Of a stretch of 64,000 bases of DNA, positions 1-13,100 are shown one piece after another. Source of the stretch: Alphaproteobacteria bacterium. GTDB lineage: Bacteria > Pseudomonadota > Alphaproteobacteria > UBA828. The position numbers and the translations under genes are program-made. The notes beneath the pieces are model-generated. The model was given only the letters and a program-made list of their open reading frames with translations, did no database searches and was not told the origin of the DNA. Where the stretch lies: assembly GCA_965220745.1 (NCBI GenBank), contig CBDCQT010000006.1, positions 32,001 to 96,000 on the forward strand, written 5' to 3'. The number at the start of each line of letters is the position of its first letter. The stretch's first letter is position 1.

Positions 1-1
1 C

Positions 2-1160
2 CTCGCCGGGCGGTCGGAGGATGCGGCGGAATCCGGGCGGGGCGAGTCTCGGCTGCGCGGGGATCGCAGCTATCTGATCACGGGAGGGCTCGGGGGGCTC
101 GGGCTGGAGGTGGCGCGCTGGCTGGCCGGGGCCGGCGCCGGGGCCATCGTGCTGAACGGTCGCCGCCCGCCCGACACGGAAGCCGAGGCGCTGATCGCGG
201 AGCTCCGGCAGGGCAGCGCCGAGGTGCGCGTCGAGATCGCCGACGTGACGGACGAGGAGGCTGTGGCGGGAATGCTCGCGCGGATCGACGCCGAGCTGCC
301 GCCGCTGGCGGGCGTGATCCACAGCGTGGGAGCGCTTGCAGACGGGGCATTGACGAACCAGGACTGGGAGCGCTTCGAGCGTGTGCTGGGGCCCAAGGCG
401 CTGGGGGCCTGGCGCCTGCACCGGGCGACGCTCGACCGGCAGCTCGACCTGTTCGTCCTCTTCTCCAGCCTGGCGGGCGTGGTCGGAAACCGCGGGCAGG
501 CCAACTACGCGGCGGCCAACGCCTTTTTAGACCAGCTGGCGCGGCACCGAAGGGCGCTGGGCCTGCCGGGCCAGGCCATTGCCTGGGGGACGTGGTCAGG
601 CATCGGCGAGGCCGAGGAGCAGCGCGAGCGCATCACGCCGCGACTGGCCGACTCGGCCGAGGAGTGGATGACTCCCGAGCAGGGCATCCGTGTCTTGGCA
701 CGGCTCGTGCGCGAGGATGTCGGGACCAGCGTGGCGGCGTTCGTCGACTGGTCGGCGCTTCCGTCGCGGGCGCCTTGGCTCGCAGATGTGGCAGGGCGCG
801 AGGAGCGCCGCGCCCTCGCCGCTCCGGACGATCTCCTGAAGCGGCTGGGGGGGCTCGCCCCCGGAGAGCGCCGCGAAGAACTGATCCGGCTCCTCGGGGA
901 ACAGCTGGTCGAGGTCCTGCGCCTGCGTTCCGCGCCGGCGCCCTCGGCCGGATTCTTCGAGCTGGGCATGGACTCGCTGATGGCGGTCGAGCTTCGCAAC
1001 CGCCTGAACCGGGCCTTCCGCGGCGCGTTCGTCGTCTCCAACACCGCGCTGTTCGACCATCCCGACATCGCCCGCCTGGCGGAACACCTCGCCGGCAAGC
1101 TAGCCGACGCTGTACCGGAGGCACCGAGGCTGAGAGCCTTTCCCGCCGTCCGCGGCCGCA
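2..1160 (+). other. PKS module 0 (partial): KR(Tyr)-ACP
   Basis: ITGGLGGLG; GQANYAAAN (Tyr codon 506-508); GMDSL at ~964. Confidence 0.93.
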
Positions 1161-4100
1161 GCGACGAACGCATCGCGATCGTGGGCATGGCCTGCCGCTT
1201 CCCCGGGGCGGAGGATGCCGAGGCGTTCTGGGCCCAGCTTCGCTCTGGCGCCGACCTAGTGACGAGGGGGCGTCCGGACGGGCTCTTCGTGGATGCCGAG
1301 ACGCAGGCGGCGCGGCCCTTCGGCGCCTATGTGGAAGGCCTCGACCGCTTTGACGCAGGCTTCTTCCGGATCGCCCCGGTAGAGGCGGAGCTGCTGGATC
1401 CCCAGCAGCGGATGCTGCTCGAGACCAGCTGGGCGGCGCTAGAGGACGCCGGCATCGCCCCGGACGGGCTGCGCGGCAGCCGGACCGGGGTGTACGGCGG
1501 GGTCGCGACGAGCGATTACCAAGAACTCACCGCTAGGAGTGTGGATGATCCGTCGACCAACCTCTACAGGGCCACCGGGGCCACGCCCTCGGCCGCGGTC
1601 GGCCGAGTAGCGTTCGCGCTCGGCCTAGAGGGTCCGGCCATCACGGTGGACACCGCGTGTTCCTCGTCGCTGGTGGCGCTGCACCAAGCGGCGGGGGCAC
1701 TCCGCGCAGGCGAGGTGGACCTTGCGCTGGCGGGAGGAGTGAACGCAATCCTTACGTCGACCGTTACCCAGATCTTTACCGACGCCGGCATGCTCGCCGC
1801 GGACGGACGCTGCAAGACCTTCGACTCGGCAGCCGACGGCTATGTACGAGGCGAGGGATGCGGGATGGTTGTGCTCAAGCGCCTTGCGGACGCGGAGGCA
1901 GCCGGAGACCGGATTCTCGCGCTTGTACGCGGATCGGCGGTGAACCAAGACGGCGCGAGCGCCGGCTTCACAGTTCCGAATGGTCCGGCCCAAGAGCGGG
2001 TGATCGAGGAGGCGCTTGCGCGGGCGGGCGTCGAGGCCTCCTCGGTGGACTACTTGGAGGCGCACGGCACGGGCACCGAACTGGGCGATCCGGTCGAAGT
2101 GGAGGCAGCGGCGGCGGTGTACGGCCGCGGCCGGAGCCCAGACCGCCCACTGCTGATGGGATCGGTGAAGACGAACGTGGGCCACCTAGAGGCGGCAGCG
2201 GGGGTAGCCGGGCTGATCAAGGCGGTGCTCGCGATCCGCTCCGGGGTGATTCCGCGCCACCTGCACTTCGCGCGGCCCAACCCGCGGACGGACTGGGAGA
2301 AGCTCCCCGTCCGGGTGACGTCGGAGGCGACCCCGTGGCCGGAGGCCGAGCGGCCGCGACGGGCCGCCGTCAGCTCCTTCGGATACTCGGGCACCAACGC
2401 CCATGTCGTGATCGAGGGCTACGCCGAGGATCGCGAACCTCCGCACTTTGAGATCCTCGCACCGCCGGAGTTGGGTCTGGATGACAGTGTCCCGCAGGCC
2501 GACGCTTCCCGCCAGCACCGCCTGCTCCCGATCTCGGCGAAGTCCTATGACGCCCTCCGGCAGCTGGCTGGCCAGTACCGGGCCGGACTCGCGGACGTTA
2601 CCTCGCTCGCCGACATGGCGTGGACGGCGAGCACGGGCCGGAGCCATTTCCGCTGCCGCTCTGCTCTCGTGTTTGGCGATCGCGCCTCGCTGCAGGAGCA
2701 GTTGGAAGGGTTGAGGCAAGGCGCAGGGGCGTCGCCAGCCGAAGGAAAGGTCGCCTTCCTCTACACCGGGCAGGGGAGCCAGTGGGCGGGCATGGGCCGG
2801 GAGCTCTATGAGGCCGAGCCGGTGTTCCGGGCAGTTCTGGACCGTTGCGAGGAAGTGTTCCGCGCAGAGCACGGCAAGGCGCTTCTCCCGGTGATCTTCG
2901 AGGGTTCCGAGCGGCTGGACCGGACCGAGTGGACGCAGCCAGCGCTCTACGCGCTGGAGAGCGGGCTGACCGCGCTGTGGGCCAGCGTGGGGGTGCGGCC
3001 CGACATCGTGTTCGGGCACAGCGTGGGAGAGATCGCGGCAGCGGCAGCGGCGGGAGCCCTCGATCTCGAAAGCGGGATGCGGTTCGCAACGCGCCGGGGC
3101 GCGCTGATGGGTTCGCTCTCGGCGGCAGGCGCGATGGCGGCGGTGTTCGCTTCGGCGGAGCGGGTCGCTGCCAGCCTTGACGGTACGGTCTGCCTGGCAG
3201 CCGATAACGGCACGCACCAGGTCGTGAGCGGGCCGGAGGCCGATATCGAGGCGCTCCTGCAGACATTCGAAGAGGACGGTCTGCGCGTGGAGCGCCTACG
3301 GACCAGCCAGGCCTTCCACAGCGCGCTGATGGATCCGGTGCTGGCGGAGCTGGAAGCGGCGGCTCCCAGGGCCTCGGCACCGTCGGTGCGACTGGTAAGC
3401 GACGTGAGCGGGCAGGTGCTGGAAGGGGCTCCCGACGGAGCGTATTGGCGGCGCCAGGCGCGCGAGCCGGTCCAGTTCGCGACAGCGCTGAGGACGCTGG
3501 CGGACCTGCAGGCGGGGCTGCTGCTGGAGATCGGGCCGCATGGCGTGCTGGGCCCGATGGCGGCGCTGGGCTGGCCGCGCAGCGAGGCACCCACGGTGAT
3601 CCCGAGCCAGCAGCGCGGCGGGAACGGGGACTTCGTCGGGGCGGTGGCGGGCGCGTACGAGGCGGGTCTGGAGATTGCCTTTGAGGGCCTGTTTGTCGGA
3701 GAGCGGCGGCGGCGGGTCTCGCTGCCGGCCTATCCCTTCCAGCGGGAGCGCTATTGGGTCTCTGCCTCTGCGCGACGCCGGTCAGATGAGGGGCACGTGC
3801 TGCTCGGCGTGCAGCGGGATTCCCCGGATGGCGAGCATTCCTTCGAGAGGCAGCTAGACAGTCGGGATCCGGCTTGGCTGGCCGACCACCGGGTGTTCGG
3901 CGAAGTCGTAGCGCCGGGTGCCCTCTACGCGGCGCAGGTGGTTGAAGCGCTCCGAGAGACACACCACGAACTTCCCGTCGTCCTTGAGGAGACCGCAATC
4001 ACGCGCCCGCTGGTGTTGTCGGGCGAGGAAGGCCGGCTGGTTCAAGTGGTGCTCGGCGAGGACAGCGCTTGGAAGGTCGTCAGCAAGGATGCGGGCGGGC

Positions 4101-7100
4101 AATGGGAGACACATGCCGCAGGCCGCTGGGCACCCCTCCCCACAACTGCATCCGACCGGGCAGATCTCCCTGAGCTGCAGGTCGGCCTTACCCAAGTGGA
4201 TGTGAAGGGCAAGTACCTCGAGCAAAAGCGGGATGGCACCGGTCTCGACTACGGGCCGGCCTTTCGCGGTCTGGCCCGGCTCTGGTCGGGCTCCGGCGAG
4301 GCACTGGGCGAGGTGCTGCTGCCGGCGGGAATGGAAAATCGGGTGCTGCTTGTCCATCCGGCACTGCTCGACGCCTGTTTCCAAGGGGTGGGTGGCATCG
4401 CCAAGCTGGCCGAAGCAGAGGGCACGTGGCTGCCGATCGGCTGGGACCGCTTCGTCTTGCACGGTGCGCTGCCGGATCGCGTCTTCTGCCGGGCACTCGA
4501 CCGCAGCGAGGGCGCGGGGACGCTCAGGGCCGATCTCTGGCTCTACACGGACACGGGCGAGGAACTGGCCCGCATCGAGGGCTTCGCGCTCAAACGCGTG
4601 AGCCAGAGCACCCTGCCGGGTGGGCGGGTCGAGGAGGCTCTCCACGAGGTGGTGTGGCGCGAAGGGGCGGCGGTGGGACTTTGGGAGGCAGACTTCCTCG
4701 CCGGGCCACGGGAGATCGAATCCGGCCTGGGAACGCTGGACGGATACCTTGAGGCGGAGGGCCGCGACGGGGCGTCGCTCGCAGCCCTGGGGCGGGAGCT
4801 GGAGCTTGAATCCCGTCGGGCGCTGCTGCGCGGATTCCGGGAGCTGGGGTGGGCGCCTAGCGCGGGGGACCGTTTCGAGACGGACCAGCTGCGCCGCCAG
4901 CTCAGGGTGACGGAGGATCACGGGCGGCTGTTCGGCCGCTTGCTGTCGGTACTGGAGGAGATGGGGCTCCTCGCCCGGGAGCCGGCTGGCGGCTGGCATG
5001 TTGCAACCGTGCCGGAAGCACCCCCAGAGCCCGAGGCGGCGCCGACCGACTCCGCAGCCGATTCCATCGAGCTGGGCCTGCTCCGCCGCTGCGGGGAGTC
5101 GCTCGCCGACGTGCTCCGCGGCCGCGCTGATGCGCTGGACCTGCTCTTCGGCGGAGAACCGGGAGCGGCGAGCCTGTACCGCGAGTCGGCCTCCGTGCGG
5201 GCGGTGAACCGCATGGCCGCCGACGGCTTGCGCGCGGCGGTCGCCGGGCTGCCCGAAGGCCGGCCGCTACGGGTGATCGAGGTCGGCGCGGGGACGGGCG
5301 CTACCACCGCCGCCCTCTTGGACGTCCTACCAACCGACCGGACCGAATACACCTTCACCGACATCTCGACCGGCTTCTTCGCGGACGCAAAGCGGGAATT
5401 CGGCGAGCGGGGCGCGGGCCTCCGATTGCGGGCGCTCGACATCGAACAGGATCCGGCGGATCAGGGGTTCGCTCCCCACGGCTACGACCTCGTGATCGCC
5501 GCGAACGTCTTGCACGCGACCCGAGACCTAGGTGAGACGCTCGCTCACTGCCGGCGCCTCCTGGCCCCGTCGGGCGTGCTGTTGGCCGTCGAGGAAACCA
5601 CTCGCAAGGAGTGGCTGGACCTAACCTTCGGACTGCTGCCCGGCTGGTGGCGCTTCCAAGACGCGTATCGCTCCGACTACACGCTGGTCGGGCCGCCCGT
5701 CTGGGAGCAGGCACTCGCGGACGCGGGATTTGCGGAAACGGCCCTGATCGAGGATCCAGCAGGAGCACTCCTGATCTTGGCGCGGGGGCCGTCGGAGGTG
5801 GAGACCGAAGGCGGGCTGTTCGTGCTGGCCGGAGAAGGCAAGCTGGGCACCGAGCTGGCGGCGGAGCTAGATCGCCGGGGCAGCCGAGCGATCCAGGGAC
5901 CTGCAGAGGCCGGCCGCAAGGCATGGCGCGGGTTCTTCGAGTCATTGCCCGGTGTACTTCCGCTGCGGGGAGTCGTTTATTTGGGCGGGGTGCGACGAGA
6001 CGGGCAGGGGCTGTCCGCGAGCGAGCTGCAGGCAGATCTGGAGGCGGCGGATGCGGGCGCGCTGGCGCTAGTCCAAGGGATGTCGGACGCTGGCGTGTCG
6101 CCGGTCAGCGGCACTTGGTTCGTGACCCGGGGCGGCCAAGTGATCGAGCGGGAGCGCTGCGGCGCACTCGTGGGGGCCTCGTTGTGGGGCTTCGCGAGCG
6201 TGGTGGACCTAGAGCACGGGGATCTGATGCCGCGCCTGCTGGACTTGGATCCCGAATCTCCTCCATCTGCTGGCACGGTTGCCGACGAAGTGCTCTTCCC
6301 TGACCGCGAAACACGCATCGCCCGCCGGGGCGGGCACCGCTTGGTGGCCCGGCTGACACGCCTCGCCGGGCGGGCGGGGGATTCGGCGGATCCCGGCCCG
6401 GGCGAGGCCCGGCTGCGCGGGGACCGCAGCTATCTGATCACGGGAGGGCTCGGGGGGCTCGGGCTGGAGGTGGCGCGCTGGCTCGCCGGGGCGGGAGCCG
6501 GGGCCATCGTGCTGAACGGACGCCGACCACCCGATGCGGAAGCCGAGGCGCTGATCGTCGAGCTCCGGGGGGGCAGCGCCGCGGTGCGCGTCGAGATCGC
6601 CGACGTGACCGACGGGGAGGCGCTGGCGGGTATGCTCGCACGGATCGACGCCGAGCTGCCGCCGCTGGCAGGCGTGATCCACAGCGTGGGCGCGCTCGCC
6701 GACGCGGCCTTGACGAACCAAGACTGGGAGCGCTTCGAGCAGGTGCTCGGGCCCAAGGCGCTGGGGGCCTGGCGGCTGCACCGGGCGACGCTCGACCGGC
6801 AGCTCGACCTGTTCGTTCTCTTCTCTAGCGTGGCGGGCGTTGTCGGGAGTCCGGGCCAGGCCAACCACGCGGCGGCCAACGCCTTCCTAGACCAGCTGGC
6901 GCGGCACCGGAGGGCGCTGGGCCTGCCGGGTCAGGCCATTGCATGGGGAGCGTGGTCGGGCATTGGCGAGGCCGAGGAGCAGCGCGAGCGCATCGCGTCA
7001 CGGCTCGCCAGATCGGGCGAGCGGTGGATGTCTCCCGAGCAGGGCATCGGTGCCTTGGCGCGGCTCGTGCGCGAGGACGTCGGAACCAGCGTGGCGGCGT

Positions 7101-10100
7101 TCGTCGACTGGTCGGCGCTCCCGGTCAGCGCACCTTGGCTGGCAGAGGTGCTGGAACGAGAGGAGGATCGCGCCATCGCCGATACAGAAGACTGGCAGCC
7201 GGGTCGGGCCGACGGCGAACTCTTGGGACACCTCCGCGGACTCGCCCATGGGAAGCGCCGGGAAGAACTGGTCCGGTTCCTCGGCGGACAGCTGGTCCAG
7301 ATCCTGCGCCTGCGCTCCGCGCCGCCGTCCGCGGCTGGATTCTTCGAGCTGGGCATGGACTCGCTGATGGCGGTCGAGCTTCGCAACCGCCTGAACCGGG
7401 CCTTCCGCGGTGCATTTGTCGTCTCCAACACCGCGGTCTTCGACCATCCCGATATCGCCCGCCTGGCGGAGCACCTTGCCGGCAAGATCGTTGGCGTGGC
7501 CCCAGAGGTGCCGCAGGTGCCAGGTTTGCCCGCTGTCCGGCGCTGGGACGACGACCGCATCGCGATCGTCGGCATGGCCTGCCGCTTCCCCGGAGCCGAG
7601 GATGCCGAGGCGTTCTGGGCGCAGCTTCGCTCCGGGGCCTATCTGGTGACGAGGGGGCGTCCGGACGGGCTCTTCGTGGATGCCGAGACAGAAGCGGCGC
7701 GCCCCTTCGGTGCGTATGTGGAAGGCCTCGACCGCTTCGACGCCGGCTTTTTCCGGATTGCCCCGGTCGAGGCCGAACTCCTCGACCCCCAGCAGCGGAT
7801 GCTGCTCGAGACAAGCTGGGCGGCCCTCGAGAACGCCGGGATCGCCCCGGACGAACTGCGCGGCAGCCGGTCCGGGGTGTACGGCGGGATATCGATGAAC
7901 GATTACCAGACGCTGGTCGCCAATCTGGGCGACGATCCGTCGAACGATATCTACAGGTCTACCGGCATCGCCGCCTCGACGGCGATCGGCCGGATCGCAT
8001 TCACGCTTGGCCTCGAGGGTCCAGCCATCAGCGTCGACACCGCATGTTCCTCGTCGCTGGTCGCGCTGCATCAAGCGGCAGCCGCGCTGCGCGCAGGCGA
8101 GGCGGATCTGGCGCTGGCAGGAGGCGTGAACGCGATCTTGACCTCAACCGCCACACGGATCTTCACCGACGCAGGCATGCTCGCCGCCGATGGACGCTGC
8201 AAGACCTTTGACGCGGCAGCAGACGGATTCGTACGGGGCGAGGGATGCGGGATGGTTGTGCTCAAGCGCCTTGCGGACGCGGAGGCGGCAGGGGACCGGA
8301 TCCTCGCGGTTGTGATCGGATCGGCCGTGAACCAAGACGGCGCCAGCGCCGGCCTGACCGTGCCGAACGGCCCGGCCCAAGAGCGCGTGATCGAAGAGGC
8401 GCTCGCACGGGCGGGCGTCGAGGCCTCGTCGGTCGACTACTTGGAGGCGCACGGCACGGGCACCGAGCTGGGCGATCCGGTCGAGGTGGAGGCGGCGGCT
8501 GCGGTGTACGGCCGCGGCCGGAGCGCGGACCGCCCGCTGCTGATCGGGTCGGTGAAGACGAACGTAGGCCACCTCGAGGCGGCGGCGGGCGTGGCCGGGC
8601 TGATCAAGGCGGTGCTCGCGATCCGTTCCGGGGTGATTCCGCGCCACCTGCACTTCGAACGTCCGAACCCGCGGATGGACTGGGAGCAGCTCCCCGTCCG
8701 GGTGACATTGGAGGCGACGCCTTGGCCGGAGGCGGAGCGGCCGCGGCGGGCCGCCGTCAGTTCCTTCGGGATCTCGGGCACCAACGCTCACGTCGTGATT
8801 GAGGGATACGCGGAGGAGCGCGAGCCGCCGCGCATCGAGCTGCCCGCACTGCCGGAGGCGGGTGCGGATGACCGCGTCCCGCAGGCCAACGCGCCCCGCC
8901 TGCACCGCTTGCTCCCGCTGTCGGCGAAGACCGAGGACGCGCTCCGACAGCTAGCCAGCCGGTACCGGGCCACGCTTTCGGACGACACACCGCTCGCTGA
9001 CATCGCATGGACGGCGAGCGCGGGCCGGAGCCATTTCCGCTTTCGCTCCGGTCTCGTGTTCAGCGATCGCGCCTCGCTGCAGGAGCAGTTGGAGGTAATA
9101 AGCCAAGGAGTCGTGGCGTCGCCGACGACAGGAACGGTCGCGTTCCTTTACACCGGGCAGGGGAGCCAGTGGGCGGGCATGGGCCGGGAGCTCTATGAGG
9201 CCGAGCCGGTCTTCCGGGCGGTCTTGGACCGGTGCGAGGAAGCGTTCCGCGCAGAGCGCGGCCGGGCGCTTCTCCCGGTGATCTTCGACGATGCCGGGCG
9301 GCTGGACCGGACCGAGTGGACCCAGCCGGCGCTGTACGCGCTGGAGAGCGGGCTGACCGCGCTGTGGGCAAGCGTGGGGGTGCGGCCCGACATCGTGTTC
9401 GGGCACAGCGTGGGAGAGATCGCGGCCGCCGCGGCCGCCGGCGCCTTTGATCTCGAGACCGGGATGCGGTTCGCCACGCGCCGGGGCGCGCTGATGGGTT
9501 CGCTCTCGGTGGCAGGCGCGATGGCGGCGGTGTTCGCTTCGGCGGAGCGGGTCGCTGCCAGCCTTGACGGTGCGGTGTGTCTGGCGGCCGATAACGGCAC
9601 GCACCAGGTCGTGAGCGGGCCGGCGGCCGATATCGAAACGCTGCTGAAGAGGTTCGAAGAGGACGGTCTGCGCGTGGAGCGCCTGCGGACCAGCCAGGCC
9701 TTCCACAGCGCGCTGATGGATCCGGTGCTGGCGGAGCTGGAAGCGGCGGCGCCCGCGGCCTCGGCACCGTCGGTGCGACTGGTGAGCGATGTGAGCGGGC
9801 AGGTGCTGGAAGGGGCTCCCGAGGGAGCGTACTGGCGGCGCCAGGCGCGCGAGCCGGTCCAGTTCGCGACGGCGCTGCGGACGCTGGCAGAGTTGCAGGC
9901 GGGGCTGCTGCTGGAAATCGGGCCGCATGGCGTGCTGGGCCCGATGGCGGCGCTGGGCTGGCCGCACGGGGAGGCGCCCACGGTGATCCCGAGCCAGCGG
10001 CGCGGGGGGAACGGGGACTTCGTCGAGGCGGTGGCGGGCGCGTACGAGGCGGGTCTGGAGATTGACTTCGAGGGCCTGTTTGCCGGAGAGCGGCGGCGGC

Positions 10101-13100
10101 GGGTCGCGCTGCCGGCCTATCCGTTCCAGCGCGAGCGCTACTGGATCTCCGCCTCTGACCGCCGTCGGGCAGAGGCGGGGCACGCGCTGCTCGGGGTGCG
10201 GCGGGATTCCCCGGATGGCGAGCATTCCTTCGAGCGGCAGCTGGACAGCCGGGATCCGGCTTGGCTGGCAGACCACCGGGTGTTCGGGAAGGTCGTGGCG
10301 CCGGGAGCGCTGTATGCGGCGCAGGTGGTTGAGGCGCTTCGCGAAACGCACCCTGGAGTCGGGGTCGTGCTCGAGGAGAGCGCGATCACGCGCCCGCTGG
10401 TGCTGGCGGGCGAGGAGGGCCGGCTGGTTCAGGTGGTGCTGGGCGAGCACGGGGGCTGGAAGGTCGTTAGCAGGGCTGCTGCCGGGCCATGGGAGACGCA
10501 TGCCGAAGGCCGCTGGGCACCGCTCGAAGCAGCCGCATCCGAGTCGGCAGACCTCGGCGCTATGAAATCTGGCCGTGCGCAGGCGGACATGGATGGGGGG
10601 GATCTTGAGCTGGGCCTAGGTGCCACCGGAATCGAATACGGGCCGGCGTTCGGCGGACTGGCCCGGCTGTGGTCGGGCTCGGGCGAGGTGCTGGGCGAGG
10701 TGCTGCTGCCGCCGGGAATGGAAAAGCAGGGGCTGCTCGTGCATCCGGCACTGCTCGACGCCTGTTTCCAAGTGCTGGGGGGGATCCCGGAACTGGACGG
10801 AGCCGGAGGCACATGGCTGCCGATCGGCTGGAGCCGTTTCGCCCTGCGCGAAGCCCTGCCGGATCGCGTCTTCTGCCGGGCAGTCGACCGGGGCGAGGTC
10901 AGCCAGACGCGCAAGGCCGATTTCTGGCTCTACACCGATAGGGGCGAGGAGCTGGCGCACATCGAGGGCTTCGCGCTCAGACGCGCGAGCCGGACGGCCC
11001 TGTCGGGCGGCCGGGTAGAGGAGGCGCTGCACGAGGTGGTGTGGCGCGAAGGGGCCTCAGTGGGACTGCGGCAGGCGGACTTCTTGGCAGCGCCGCAGCA
11101 GATCGAATCCGGCTTGGCAGCGCCGGACCGATACCTAGAGGCACAGGGCCGAGACAGGGCCTCACTGACCGAGCTGGGGCGCGAGCTGGAGCGCGAGGCA
11201 CGCCGGCTGCTGCTGCGCGGATTCCGGCACCTCGGATGGGAGCCCGTGCCGGGAGACCGTTTCGAGACGGACGAGTTGCGCCGACGCCTGAGGGTGACCG
11301 GGGATCACGGGCGGCTCTTCGTCCGGTTGCTGTCGGTGCTGGAGGATATGGATCTCCTCGATCGGGAGCCGGCTGGCGGCTGGCGCGTGGCAATCGCTCC
11401 GGAAGCGCTGGCGGAGCCCGAGGTGGGACCGGCCGGCCCCCAAGCCGAATCCCCCGAGCTGGACGTGCTCCGGCGCTGCGGGGATTCGCTCGCCGATGTG
11501 CTCCGCGGCCGCGCCGATGCCGTGGACCTGCTCTTCGGCGGCGAGCCGGGAGCGGCGAGCCTGTACCGCGAGTCGGTCCTAGCGCGGGCAGTGAACCAAA
11601 TGGTCGCCGATGCCGTGCGCACAGCGGTCGCCGGGCTGCCGGAAGACCGGCCGCTGCGGGTGATCGAGGTCGGCGCGGGGACCGGCGCGACCACCGCCGC
11701 CCTCTTGGACGTCCTGCCGGCCGACCGGACTGAATACACCTTCACCGATATCTCGACCGGATTCTTCCCCGATGCGGAGCGGGAGTTCGGCGAGCGGGGC
11801 GCCGACCTTCGCTTCCTGGCGCTCGACATCGAACGGGACCCGGCGGATCAGGGCTTCGCGCTCCACGGCTACGACCTCGTGATCGCCGCGAACGTCCTGC
11901 ACGCTACCCGCGACCTAGGTCAGACGCTCGCAAACTGCCGACGCCTCCTAGCCCCGTCGGGCGTGCTGGCGGCCGTCGAGGAGACTGCCCGCAAGGAGTG
12001 GCTGGACCTGACCTTCGGACTGCTATCCGGCTGGTGGCGCTTCCAAGACGCGTATCGGTCCGACTACGCGCTGGTCGGACCCTCCGTCTGGCGGCAGGCT
12101 CTCGCGGACGCCGGATTTGTCGGGCCCTCGTTGGTCGAGGATCCCTCCGGGGCGCTGCTGATCCTGGCGCGGGGGCCGTCGGAGGTGGGGGCCGAAGGCG
12201 GGCTGTTCGTGCTGGCCGGGGAGAGCGAGCTGGGTGCCGAGCTAGCGGCGGAGCTGGATCGCCGGGGCAGCCGGGCTGTCAAAGGCCCCGCGGGGGGCGA
12301 CCGGCAGCAGTGGCGCCGTTTCTTCGAGTCATTGCCGGGTGCGCTGCCCCTGCGCGGCGTGGCGTATCTGGGCGGGCTCCGGCCAGATGGTGCCGGGCTT
12401 TCGACCCAGGAGCTGGAAGTGGAGCTGGAGGCGGTGAATGCGGGCGCGCTGGCGCTGGTCCAAGGGATGTCGGACGCGGGCGTGTCGCCGATGAACGGCA
12501 CTTGGTTCGTGACCCGGGGCGGCCAGGTGATCGAGCGGGAGCGCTGCGGCGCGCTCGCGGGTGCCTCGCTGTGGGGCTTGGCCAGCGTGGTGGACTTGGA
12601 GTACGGGGATCTAACGCCGCGCCTGCTGGATCTGGATCCCGAGTCTCCGCCGTCCGCCGGCACGCTTGCGGAGGAGCTGCTCTTCCCCGACCGCGAGACG
12701 CGCGTCGCCCTGCGAGGCGGGGCGCGACTGGTCGCCCGGCTGACGCGCCTGGCCGACTGGCCGAAGGGTCCGGTGGAATCCGGCCCGGGCGAGGCGCGGC
12801 TGCGCGGGGACCGCAGCTATCTGATCACGGGAGGGCTCGGCGGGCTCGGGCTGGAGGTGGCGCGCTGGCTGGCCGGGGCGGGCGCCGGGGCCATCGTGCT
12901 GAACGGACGCCGCCCGCCCGACACGGAGACCGAGGCTCTGATCGCGGACCTCCGACAGGGCAGCGCCGAGGTGCGCGTCGAGATCGCCGACGTCACGGAC
13001 GAGGAGGCGGTGGCGGGGATGCTCGGGCGCATCGACGCCGAACTACCGCCGCTTGCAGGCGTGATCCACAGCGTGGGTACGCTCGCCGACGCGGCCCTGA

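Noticed and set aside
110-112. Track start codon for the PKS
   Set aside because: It lies inside a KR domain; the frame is open to the window edge, so the true start is upstream.
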